Shown: positions 45,225 to 53,815 of the stretch, one piece after another
How the letters are laid out: each line of letters opens with the position of its first letter
Numbering within the stretch: the stretch's first letter is position 1
NCBI GenBank assembly: GCA_964291625.2
Contig: OZ220089.1
Coordinates: 544,001-608,000, forward strand
Origin: Candidatus Latescibacterota bacterium
GTDB lineage: Bacteria; Latescibacterota; UBA2968; UBA8231
Direction of reading: 5' to 3'
DNA: 64,000 nucleotides
Made by a program: the position numbers and the translations under genes
The notes under the pieces: generated by a model
Told to the model about the DNA's origin: nothing
Seen by the model: only the letters and a program-made list of their open reading frames with translations
Database searches by the model: none

Positions 45225-45267
45225 ACTGCGCGGTGCCGCCGCAAGGAGGCGCCGCGCAGTTTCTTTG
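45225..45267 (+). terminator. Rho-independent terminator closing the 35876-45198 unit
   Basis: Stem actgcgcggtgcc / ggcgccgcgcagt followed by ttcttt. Confidence 0.75.
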
Positions 45268-45274
45268 ACAGGAC

Positions 45275-46969
45275 ATGCCATCGATGAGGTGGAGATCTCT
45301 CACCCTGGGTCTGTGCGCGGCTCTCCCGGCGTGCGGCCCCCAGGCCGGGCCCGGCGATCCCGCGGCGGTACTGGCCACGGTCTCCGGGCGGCCGATCACC
45401 GCCCTGGATCTGGAAGAGTACGAGCGGACCCTGCCCTCCTACCTGCGATCGAAGAAGGAGGGAGCGGCCTCCCATGGAGAGCACCTCCGGAGCCTGGTCG
45501 ACAGGGAGCTGGTCCTGGGCGAGGCCGGCCGTCGAGGGCTGGACCGGCACCCGGACGTGGAGAGCGCCCTCTCGGCGATGGTCGATGAACGCGCCGCAGA
45601 AGAGCTGGCCGGAAGACTGGTCGACGCCCGCCTCTCGGTCACTGAAGAGGAGCTGCGCACCTTCTACGAGGAGGAGTCGCTGGGTTGGCAGGTCTGGCCC
45701 GCCCACATCCTCTCCGCCACCGAAGAGGAGGCTCGCGAAGTCATCCGCCTGCTGTCGGAGGGAGCGGATTTTGGCGGACTGGCACGGGAGCGCTCCCTGG
45801 CCGGCGACGCGGACAAGGGCGGCGATCTGCAGGCCTTCTTCGGGGCCTCGGATGCCGTGCCGACCCTGCGGGAGGGCGCCTTCCACCTCGAGGAAGGGCA
45901 GGTGAGCGAGCCGATCCGCACCTTCGAGGGCTACGAGGTGGTCAAAGTGCTGCGGAAACGGAGGCGGCCCTACGGGGAGTTGCGGCAGGAGATCTATCAG
46001 CGCCTGATGACGCGCAAGGGCTGGGAGCGGCGCACCGCCATCATCGACTCGCTCAAGAAGGCTCGCGGCCTGCGTCTCCACCGCCAAATGGTGCCGGCGG
46101 TCTTCGACGGGCTGCACGGCCGGGAGGTCGACCCGGGCCATGAGCAGGCCCCCCTGGTCGAGTACGAAGGGGGCGTCGTCACCGTCCTCGACGCCATGGA
46201 GGGGCTGCGCGACCTGGACAAGGACGCCCTGCCGCCTGACACTGCCGCCGTCGTCCGCGCACTCGAGGAGAGGTTGATCCCCGATTCCCTGCTGGTCCTC
46301 GAGGCCCGGGCCCGCGGGCTGACCGATGGGCCGGGCATGGTGGAGTGGCGGGAGAGGGAGCGCCTGGGCCTGATGGCCGCACGCCTGCGCAGCGACGTGG
46401 TGAAGGGCCGGGCCGAGGTGACGGAAGAGGAGGTGAGGGATCATTACGAGCGGAACCTGGAGTCCTACACTTCCCTGCCCGGCTTCATCTGGATGACGGA
46501 GGTCCTCCTCGACACCCGCGCCCAGGCCGATTCAATCCTCGCACGGGCGCGGGCCGGCGAAGGGCTGGAGGTGCTCGCCGCCCGCCACTCGGTGCGTCCC
46601 GGCATGAAGCCGGTGGGGGGGCACACCTTTGGGGACAGCGGCAGAGTCACCATCCAGCCCCTCTACAAGTCGCCGTACCGTACCGTCTTCGGAGACCGCA
46701 ACACCGAGGATGTGGGCGTGCTCCAGGGTCCGCTGGAGGTACAGGGGAGGTACAGCGTCTTCCGCCTGGATCAGCCTTTCGAGAAGGAGGCCGTGCCCTT
46801 CTGGCGGCTGCGCCGGCGCATCGCCGGGCAGATCCTCAGGCGGCGGGAGGCCGTCCTCTTCGAGAGCTTCCTCGATTCGCTGCACCGCGCCCATGCCGCC
46901 GAAGTGGTGATCCGCGAGGAAGCCCTCTCCCGTTACGTCGCCGCCCGTCAGAGCCTCGATCCCCCGTAG
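45275..46969 (+). CDS. Lipoprotein PPIase/chaperone with two parvulin (PpiC) domains, PrsA/SurA-like
   Basis: Lipobox LPA-C; AHIL...EEEA...L..GADFGGLARERS...KGGDL...GQVSEPIRT; second repeat EVLL...A..IL....GE.LE.LA..HS. Confidence 0.85.
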   Translation: MPSMRWRSLTLGLCAALPACGPQAGPGDPAAVLATVSGRPITALDLEEYERTLPSYLRSKKEGAASHGEHLRSLVDRELVLGEAGRRGLDRHPDVESALSAMVDERAAEELAGRLVDARLSVTEEELRTFYEEESLGWQVWPAHILSATEEEAREVIRLLSEGADFGGLARERSLAGDADKGGDLQAFFGASDAVPTLREGAFHLEEGQVSEPIRTFEGYEVVKVLRKRRRPYGELRQEIYQRLMTRKGWERRTAIIDSLKKARGLRLHRQMVPAVFDGLHGREVDPGHEQAPLVEYEGGVVTVLDAMEGLRDLDKDALPPDTAAVVRALEERLIPDSLLVLEARARGLTDGPGMVEWRERERLGLMAARLRSDVVKGRAEVTEEEVRDHYERNLESYTSLPGFIWMTEVLLDTRAQADSILARARAGEGLEVLAARHSVRPGMKPVGGHTFGDSGRVTIQPLYKSPYRTVFGDRNTEDVGVLQGPLEVQGRYSVFRLDQPFEKEAVPFWRLRRRIAGQILRRREAVLFESFLDSLHRAHAAEVVIREEALSRYVAARQSLDPP

Positions 46970-46982
46970 GCGAGGCTCATCC

Positions 46983-49004
46983 GTGCGGCTGAGGCTCGCG
47001 GCGCTGCTCGTCGGCCTGGGACTCGTGGCGCTCCTGGAGGGCGCCCTCCGGCTGGTCCCGGCCCTCCGGCCTCCGGCCTTCACCGTCCGCCTCGCCACGG
47101 TGGAGGACCGGACCCTCAACGCCGTCAATCCGGACTACCCGCAACGCTTCTTCGCCGGCGTTGCGGGGGACCTTCCCGCGGGCGGCGTCCGCATGACCCC
47201 CCGGCCCTACGTCGAACCCGCACCGCCGGAGGCCCTGCGGGTGCTCTTCGCCGGCGGGTCGACGGTGCAGGGCTTCCCCCACCCCAAGCGCCTGTCGGCG
47301 CCCTCCTGTCTCCAGGAGATGCTCCGGGACCTGCATCCCGGACGCCACATCGAGGTCTACAACGCCGGGATCACGGCCGCCTCGAGCTTCGCCGTTGCCC
47401 GCGCCGTGGAGGACGGTGTCCGGGCCCTGGAGGCCGACCTCGTGGTGGTCTACACGGGACATAACGAGCTCTACGGAGTGTACGGGGCCGCCTCCCTCGC
47501 CCAGGGCGGCCGGGGCCTGTGGAGCAAGAGGCTTCACTACGGGGTGATGCAATGGCGGATGACCCGCCTGGTGGTCCGGCTCCTCAGGGCCTTCGGCACC
47601 GACGAGGCTCAACCCGCGGACCTGCTGGAGACCATGTCGCGCACGGGCTCCGTCCCCGTGGACGACCCGAGACGGGAACGGGCCGCCGCCAACCTGGAGG
47701 CCAACCTGAGGGACGTGGCCGCCTTCTGCCGGGAGCGGGGCATCCCCCTGGTGCTCTGCACCCTGACCAGCAACGAGCGCGGCTTCGCGCCGGCCCGCGG
47801 CGCGCCCCCTCCGGGCGAGGAGGGCACGACGTACCTGGACCTGCTGCAGGCCGGCAGCCGCGGCCAGGCCTCCGCCGGCGCCCTGCAGGCCCTGGAAGAG
47901 GCCCGCGAGCTGCGCGAGGACGACGCCTACCTGCAATTCCTGCGCGGCCACCACCTGGAGCGCCTCGGGGACGGGTTGGCGGCGCGGCAGGCCTACCTGC
48001 AGGCCCGCGAGCTGGATACCCGGCCCTGGCGGGCGACGGCCCGGCTCACCGAGGTGGTGCGCCGGGTTGCGGCCGAGGAGGGGGCGCTCCTGGCCGAGGT
48101 GGAAGGGCGGTTCCTGGATCACAGCCCGGCCGCCGGCGTGGGCTGGGAGCTGATGGCCGACCACCTGCACCCCACCGCCGCCGGGCAGGCGCTGCTCGCC
48201 CGGGCCGTGGCCGCGGCCCTGCGCGATGCACCTCAACCCTGGGGATCCCCGTCCGAGGGGCTCCGGCGCCTCCAGGCCGACGACCGCTACCGCCAGCGCC
48301 TCGGAGACCTGCCCGTCGAGCAGCTCGCCGTCACCCGGGCCATGGCCCGCCTCTTCGCCTCTCCCCCCATGGACGAGGGCAACGAGAGCCGCGCCGAAGA
48401 TCTCCGCCGGCAGGGCGCCACCCTTGTTGCCGGGCTGAGCCCCGGAGAGCGGCGCGGGGTCGAGCGCTGGGTGCAGGGAGAAGGGCCGGACCTGCTGGCC
48501 CTGAATGTGGCCGAGGCCCTGTTCTCGGCGCGGGACTACCAGCGGGCGCGATCCTACTACCAGGCCTCCCGCCTGGAGCAGCCTTTCACGATCTGGAGCG
48601 ACTTGTGGGCCACCCTGCGCTGGGTCCGTTGCGGTCGGTTGGCTGGCCGCCCGCCGGACGAGACGGACAGGGCGGCCCTCGAGACGGTGCTGGATCGCCT
48701 GCGTTTCCTGGCCCCGGCGCCCGGATTCTCCCAAGGGCTGCAGGACTTCATCGAGGGGTACGCCCGCCACCTGCTGGGGCAAAGGGCCGGCGCCCTGGCC
48801 GCCCTCGAAGCGGCCATCCGGGATGAGGAGACACGGCGCAGGTTCTTCCCCGAGCTGCTCCATCTGCTCGTGATCGAGCTGATCGCCGCAGGCCGCCCCG
48901 GGGACGCCGAACGCTACGCGCTCCAAGTCTCCGCGGAGCTGCGCCAGGAGGCTGTCGGACGCGCCCTGGTGGAGCGCATCCGGGCAGGTGCAGCCCCACG
49001 CTGA
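46983..49004 (+). CDS. Membrane-anchored SGNH/GDSL hydrolase-like protein with TPR-like repeats
   Basis: N-terminal TM helix; block I AGGSTVQG, NAG, block III YTGHNE, block V DHLHPT; helical C-terminus. Confidence 0.78.
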   Translation: MRLRLAALLVGLGLVALLEGALRLVPALRPPAFTVRLATVEDRTLNAVNPDYPQRFFAGVAGDLPAGGVRMTPRPYVEPAPPEALRVLFAGGSTVQGFPHPKRLSAPSCLQEMLRDLHPGRHIEVYNAGITAASSFAVARAVEDGVRALEADLVVVYTGHNELYGVYGAASLAQGGRGLWSKRLHYGVMQWRMTRLVVRLLRAFGTDEAQPADLLETMSRTGSVPVDDPRRERAAANLEANLRDVAAFCRERGIPLVLCTLTSNERGFAPARGAPPPGEEGTTYLDLLQAGSRGQASAGALQALEEARELREDDAYLQFLRGHHLERLGDGLAARQAYLQARELDTRPWRATARLTEVVRRVAAEEGALLAEVEGRFLDHSPAAGVGWELMADHLHPTAAGQALLARAVAAALRDAPQPWGSPSEGLRRLQADDRYRQRLGDLPVEQLAVTRAMARLFASPPMDEGNESRAEDLRRQGATLVAGLSPGERRGVERWVQGEGPDLLALNVAEALFSARDYQRARSYYQASRLEQPFTIWSDLWATLRWVRCGRLAGRPPDETDRAALETVLDRLRFLAPAPGFSQGLQDFIEGYARHLLGQRAGALAALEAAIRDEETRRRFFPELLHLLVIELIAAGRPGDAERYALQVSAELRQEAVGRALVERIRAGAAPR

Positions 49005-49023
49005 CGTCTTTCTCCAGCCCGCC

Positions 49024-51117
49024 TCAGTCCCGGCCGGTACCGATCCGTCGATGGACTTCTGCGAGCAGGGCCTGAGCCTGGGGTGAAGGGCCCCTGGCCA
49101 GCACCTGCCGCAACCGCTCGACGGCGGCGCCGTGGCGTCCCTCTTCGGTGTCCATGAGGGCCAGGTTGACGTGGGCCTCCGGGTTTTCCGGGTCCAGCTC
49201 CAGGGCCTCCAGGAAGAGGGTCCGGGCCCTCTGAGTGCGCCCGTCGAGCAGGTGCAGGGCGCCCATGGCGACCAGGGCCTCGGGCCGCCTCTCCAGGGAC
49301 AGGGCGCGCCCATACGAGTCGAGGGCGGCCTCGGGCCGCCCGGCCTGGTGCAGGGCGCGTCCCAACTGGTAGTGGATCCGGGAGTCCCGCGGCCGGGAAG
49401 CCAGGGCCCGACGGAAGTGCTCGGCAGCAGCCGCGTAGCGCCCCTGGCCGTAGAGGAGACGGGCGTACTCGTAGTTGGCCATGCCGGATCCCGGATCAAG
49501 CTCCAGGGCGCGCAGCAGGGCGGCCCGGGCCTGCAGCGGCCGGCCCGCGTCCAGGTGGATGCGGGCGAGAAGCACGTGGGTGTCCACCCGCCGGGGATTC
49601 TCCGCCAGGGTGGCCAGGGCCGTCCGGCCGCTCTCCTCCAGGCGGCCCTGATGGTAGCAGGCCACGGCCAGATTGTGGCGCGCGTAGTTGTATCCCGGAT
49701 CCAGCTCCAGGGCCCGCCGGGAGTGGGTCTCGGACAGTGCGTACTCCCCCTTGCGCAGGTAGACCTCGCCCAGGTCGAAGTGGAGTTGGGCGTCCTCGTC
49801 GGTGGGGGCCGCCCTCCCCAGGTTGCACAGGACCAGGAGAACGGCCAGGAGCACCCCCAGCCTCGCCGCCTCCGGCCAGGATCTCCGGCGCAGGCTGCGG
49901 AGCAGACGCCAGGCCGCCAGGGCGGCAAAGACGATCAGCACGGGCAGGACCGGCATGCGGTAACGGGCGGCGGGGAAGAACAGCACGACCGAGGCCGTGT
50001 AGCCGAGAACGTAGAGCCGCAACAGGGCCGTTGGATCCCCGCGGATGCGGAGGCTCAGCCCCAGGCCGAGCAGGCCCAGGGGGGCGACCAGTCCGAAGGG
50101 CATGGAGAGGTGCCGGTCCCACAGCAGGAGACCGAGGATCCAGGAGTGCTGCCGGGCATGGTAGATGTCCTGGTTGCGCTTGACCTCCGGGCCGCTCCAG
50201 AAGTCCCGGGTCTTCCTGGCGAGGAGGCCGAGGTAGTCGAGGGGGTGGGAGGCAATCCAGGCCAGGCCCTTGCGCAGGAAGTAGGAGGACTTCGCCGCCG
50301 CGGTCACGTGGCCCGCCCTCGCCGGCTCGGAGACCATCTCCTCCCACTCCACCCCGGGCCGCAGGGCGACGGTGCGCTCGTAGTCGGCGTTGTTGCCTAT
50401 GAAGAAGTTGACGCCGCCGTTGGCCGAGACCAGGACCAGGCCCGGCTCGGCGGCCCAGTTGCGCACGGTGACGGGGAGGATCACGAGGAGTGCGCAGCCC
50501 GCGAAGGGCGCCAGGACACGCGCGGAGCGCCGCCGCCACAGGTGCCAGGCGCAGAAGAGAGCGACGAAGAGGAGGATGTTGGGGCGGGCGAGGACGGCCA
50601 GACCGGCCGTCACGCCGGCCAGGCCCCAGTCCCGGCTGCGCCCCCGGTCCTGGGCCACCACCAGGAGCTGGAGAAGCAGTAGGTCCAGGAATACCTCCAG
50701 GGGTACGGCCAGCAGCTCTCCCTCGAAGTAGAGGAAGGTGCCGCACAGGGCGGCCGCCCAGCCGGCGATCCGCGCCGCCGGCTCGCCGAAGCCGCGGCGG
50801 GCGAGGCCGTACACCAGCAGGCAGGAGAGGGCCCCCAGGAGGGCGTGGACGAGACGGATGCCGACGAAGTACGAGCCCGGCATGAGCCAGCAGACGAAGG
50901 CCAGCAGGTAGATGTAGAGGGGCGCCTGCCAGTAGGGCTCGGCACCGCCCCGGAGATCGCCGGCGGCGATGGCCAGGGCCTGGTCGAGGAAGGTGCGGGC
51001 GTCGACGACGGGTGCGTCGAAGAACGGGCTGGCGCCGTGCTGGTGGATGTAGCCCAGCCTCAGCGCCAGCGCCGCCAGCAGGAGGCAGCCGGCAAAGAGA
51101 CGGGACCCGCGGCCCAT
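49024..51117 (-). CDS. GT-C fold (ArnT/PMT_2, GT39-like) glycosyltransferase with C-terminal TPR array
   Basis: About 11 TM helices; first loop PVVDARTF, YWQAPLY, LARPN, GVNFFIGNN, ARYRMP; about 7 TPR repeats (ALELDP motifs). Confidence 0.85.
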   Translation of the reverse strand: MGRGSRLFAGCLLLAALALRLGYIHQHGASPFFDAPVVDARTFLDQALAIAAGDLRGGAEPYWQAPLYIYLLAFVCWLMPGSYFVGIRLVHALLGALSCLLVYGLARRGFGEPAARIAGWAAALCGTFLYFEGELLAVPLEVFLDLLLLQLLVVAQDRGRSRDWGLAGVTAGLAVLARPNILLFVALFCAWHLWRRRSARVLAPFAGCALLVILPVTVRNWAAEPGLVLVSANGGVNFFIGNNADYERTVALRPGVEWEEMVSEPARAGHVTAAAKSSYFLRKGLAWIASHPLDYLGLLARKTRDFWSGPEVKRNQDIYHARQHSWILGLLLWDRHLSMPFGLVAPLGLLGLGLSLRIRGDPTALLRLYVLGYTASVVLFFPAARYRMPVLPVLIVFAALAAWRLLRSLRRRSWPEAARLGVLLAVLLVLCNLGRAAPTDEDAQLHFDLGEVYLRKGEYALSETHSRRALELDPGYNYARHNLAVACYHQGRLEESGRTALATLAENPRRVDTHVLLARIHLDAGRPLQARAALLRALELDPGSGMANYEYARLLYGQGRYAAAAEHFRRALASRPRDSRIHYQLGRALHQAGRPEAALDSYGRALSLERRPEALVAMGALHLLDGRTQRARTLFLEALELDPENPEAHVNLALMDTEEGRHGAAVERLRQVLARGPSPQAQALLAEVHRRIGTGRD

Positions 51118-51166
51118 GGCCTCGAGACGGCCCTTCGCCGGCGCCTATGGACCGGGGATCAGCGGC

Positions 51167-53815
51167 TCAATAAGCGACGGAGAGGACGCCGGAGTGCCGG
51201 GTGGAGGTGTCGTCGGAGTCGACGGCGAAACGGTAGAGATAGATCCCGGGGGGCACGAGCAGGCCGTTCTCGTCGCGGCCGTCCCAGGTGAACCGCAGGG
51301 CGCCCGCCGCCGAGTCCCCGGCCTCGATCCGGGCCAGGCGGCGCCCGGACAGGTCGTGGATGTCGAGCTCCACCTCGACCTCCTCGGTGACGAGGAAGAG
51401 GTCGAAGGAGAACACGATCTCGTCGTTGATGCCGTCGCCGTTGGGGGTGAAGGGATTGGGGCTGACGAGAGGCGCCTGCACGACGCTGCCGATATCCTGG
51501 ACCACGACGAGCCGGGAGTTGGTGCCCACGTCGGGAGTGGCGTCCCCGTCCTCGGTGGGCTGGGGGATCGCGGTGTCTCCGAGCTCGTCGTTCCACAGGG
51601 AGCTGAGGAACTGCTGGGAGCCCCGGAAGAGCCGGGAGCGGAAGACGACCTCGATGTTCTCTCCGAACTGGAAGTGCCCGGCACCCATGGAAGGCAGCTT
51701 GATCGACAGCTTGTGGGCCCCGGTGACCGGGTCGGTGACGACAGACTGGGCGAACTGCCCCAGGCTGTCGGGGCTGCCCGCGACCGGGGCGAGACGGGCG
51801 GGATGGACCTCGAGGAGAGGATCGTCGCCGGTGCCGGCGGCGATCTCCGCCCAGGCCTGCCCGTCGACGCGCAGGGTGTCGATGCGGCTGTCGACGCTGG
51901 GAACGTCGATCTCGATCCGGTTGAAGACCATCGGATCCCCCGGCCCGAAGAGCGGCCGGAGGTAGTAGCGGAAGAGGGCCTCCTCGCCGAGGGGGACGCC
52001 TGACGGGAAGATCTCGGCCACCACGCCCCCGGAGACGAGGGGCGTGTCGTAGTCGAACTCGATGAAGTCGAGGAGGGCGGCGCCGTGCTGGGGGCCGTCG
52101 AAGTAGACGCGGAACTGGATGTAGCGGGTGCCTCCGGGCAGGGGAAGCTGGACGCCGGCATCGCTCCACTCGGACTCGGGCAGGCTCTCGTCGATGAGTC
52201 CGTCCGCCAGCTTGAAGGGCGCCGACCAGTAGCTCCAGCCACGTCTCCCGTCGGCGCCGACGTCGACGCCCAGCTCGTTGTAACGCAGCTCGCGCTCGGG
52301 GATGCGGCCGTCGGTGAGCTTGATCCAGGCGAAGAGGTCGAGAGGATCGCCTTGGTCGTCGCGGTCGTCCTCGAAGCCGGGGCCCAGCCGGCGGGCGTAG
52401 ACATGGGTGTCGAGCGAGTTGCCGACCCGGAACTGGATGCGCACATCGCCGCCGAGGCCGTCGCGGCGGCCCTTCCACCGGACCTTGCCCCAGTTGACCT
52501 GGTCGCCGGGCAGGTTCAGGTCGAACTGGCCTTCGTAGGCCTCCCGCTCGCCGCCGGAGAACTGCTCGATCTCGCGGTCGTAGCGGCGGGCGCGCGGCGT
52601 GGGGACACCCACGTCGATGACGGCCGAGGTGTACTGGCCGTCGATGGCGAAGCCGTCGCCGAAGTGGCCGAGCTCGGCGATCTGGCTGAGCTTGCCCTCG
52701 GGATCGATGGAACGGATGTCGACGCGGCCGGCGACATAGGTGGGGAAGCGCAGGTTCTTGATCACCGGGGTGAGCTGATCGCGGGTGGGGGAGACCAGGG
52801 TCCTGTTGATCCCGATGGTCTCGGAATGGAGGTTGATCCCGTGCTGGTCGCCGTATTGGATGTAGTAGTTGGCGATGGTTCCTCCCGGAAGGGTCGGATG
52901 GGGGCGGAAGGTTATGCGGTTGAGGTAGTAGTAGCCCATCAGGTTCATCGCGATCCCGCCGCGGCCGTACTTGGTGCTGTTGAACTCGGTGCGGAGGTTG
53001 CCGTCCACCGCCCTCTCCGCGTCCTCCCGGCGGATGACCCCCGCCGCCGCCCAGTAGTCGCCCGAGACGGGGTCGGAGACCTCGCGGCGGAAGCCGTACT
53101 CGCTCGGCACCACCATGTAGGGCCGCTGGGTGTCCTTGCCGGGGATGACCCCGCCGAACTCGCCGGCCTTGTAGCGCTGGTTGAGCATGTAGGCGAGGTT
53201 GCGCAGGCTGTCGAGGCGGATCGGCCGGATCCAGGTGGTCACGCCGCCGCCGTGTTCGGGCATGTCGGGATCCTCGTCCACGAGCCCGTCGCCGTCGTCG
53301 TCGACGCCGTTGATGGGATCCTCGTTGAGCAGGCCGTCCCAGTCGTCGTCGTACTGACTGTAGAGGCCGTCCTCGTTGAGCAGCCCGTCGCCGTCGTTGT
53401 CGATCTGCGGATCGGGACCGTCTTCGTTGATCAGCCCGTCGATGTCGTTGTCGATCAACTCGGGCGGGTCCTCGTCGATGAGGCCGTCGCCGTCGTCGTC
53501 GATATTGTTGTCCGGGTCCTCATTGAGCTGGCCGTCGCCGTCGTTGTCGACCTGCGGGTCCTCGGGGTCCTCGTTGATCGTGCCGTCGTCGTCGTTGTCG
53601 ATGAGGTCCACGGGATCCTCGTCGATGAGACCGTCGCCGTCGTCGTCGGCCAGCAGCTCCACCGCCCAGCTGCGCCCCAAGTCGAGGCGGCCCGTCACCG
53701 GCCGCAGGATCCATGGATGCGTGCCGTCGCCGACGCGCCAACTCTTGATCTCCGCCCAGCCGTCGCCGGCCAGGAGCAGGGCGCCCAGCAGAGCCAGTGT
53801 CGATAGCCTGATCAT
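51167..53815 (-). CDS. Secreted protein with eight acidic Ca-binding repeats, discoidin-like region and C-terminal FlgD-Ig domain (882 aa)
   Basis: Signal peptide; (D-[DN]-D-x-D-G-x-x-[DN]-E-D-[PG]) x8; AVDGNLRTEF; PNPFTPNGDGINDE...WDGRDENGLLVPPGIYL...LSVAY. Confidence 0.82.
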   Translation of the reverse strand: MIRLSTLALLGALLLAGDGWAEIKSWRVGDGTHPWILRPVTGRLDLGRSWAVELLADDDGDGLIDEDPVDLIDNDDDGTINEDPEDPQVDNDGDGQLNEDPDNNIDDDGDGLIDEDPPELIDNDIDGLINEDGPDPQIDNDGDGLLNEDGLYSQYDDDWDGLLNEDPINGVDDDGDGLVDEDPDMPEHGGGVTTWIRPIRLDSLRNLAYMLNQRYKAGEFGGVIPGKDTQRPYMVVPSEYGFRREVSDPVSGDYWAAAGVIRREDAERAVDGNLRTEFNSTKYGRGGIAMNLMGYYYLNRITFRPHPTLPGGTIANYYIQYGDQHGINLHSETIGINRTLVSPTRDQLTPVIKNLRFPTYVAGRVDIRSIDPEGKLSQIAELGHFGDGFAIDGQYTSAVIDVGVPTPRARRYDREIEQFSGGEREAYEGQFDLNLPGDQVNWGKVRWKGRRDGLGGDVRIQFRVGNSLDTHVYARRLGPGFEDDRDDQGDPLDLFAWIKLTDGRIPERELRYNELGVDVGADGRRGWSYWSAPFKLADGLIDESLPESEWSDAGVQLPLPGGTRYIQFRVYFDGPQHGAALLDFIEFDYDTPLVSGGVVAEIFPSGVPLGEEALFRYYLRPLFGPGDPMVFNRIEIDVPSVDSRIDTLRVDGQAWAEIAAGTGDDPLLEVHPARLAPVAGSPDSLGQFAQSVVTDPVTGAHKLSIKLPSMGAGHFQFGENIEVVFRSRLFRGSQQFLSSLWNDELGDTAIPQPTEDGDATPDVGTNSRLVVVQDIGSVVQAPLVSPNPFTPNGDGINDEIVFSFDLFLVTEEVEVELDIHDLSGRRLARIEAGDSAAGALRFTWDGRDENGLLVPPGIYLYRFAVDSDDTSTRHSGVLSVAY
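53267..53647 (-). repeat. Intragenic array of eight 16-17-aa DxDGDGLxxEDP repeats
   Basis: DDDGDGLIDEDP, DNDDDGTINEDP, DNDGDGQLNEDP, DDDGDGLIDEDP, DNDIDGLINEDG, DNDGDGLLNEDG, DDDWDGLLNEDP, DDDGDGLVDEDP. Confidence 0.9.

Noticed and set aside
53267-53647. Periodic DNA pattern that could be taken for a CRISPR array
   Set aside because: The units are degenerate, in frame and protein-coding; there are no identical repeats with unique spacers and no cas genes.
35876-53815. Flagellar hook-cap (flgD) or gliding-motility genes
   Set aside because: Only the C-terminal Ig-like module is shared; the proteins have Sec signal peptides and there are no flagellar or gld genes in the window.
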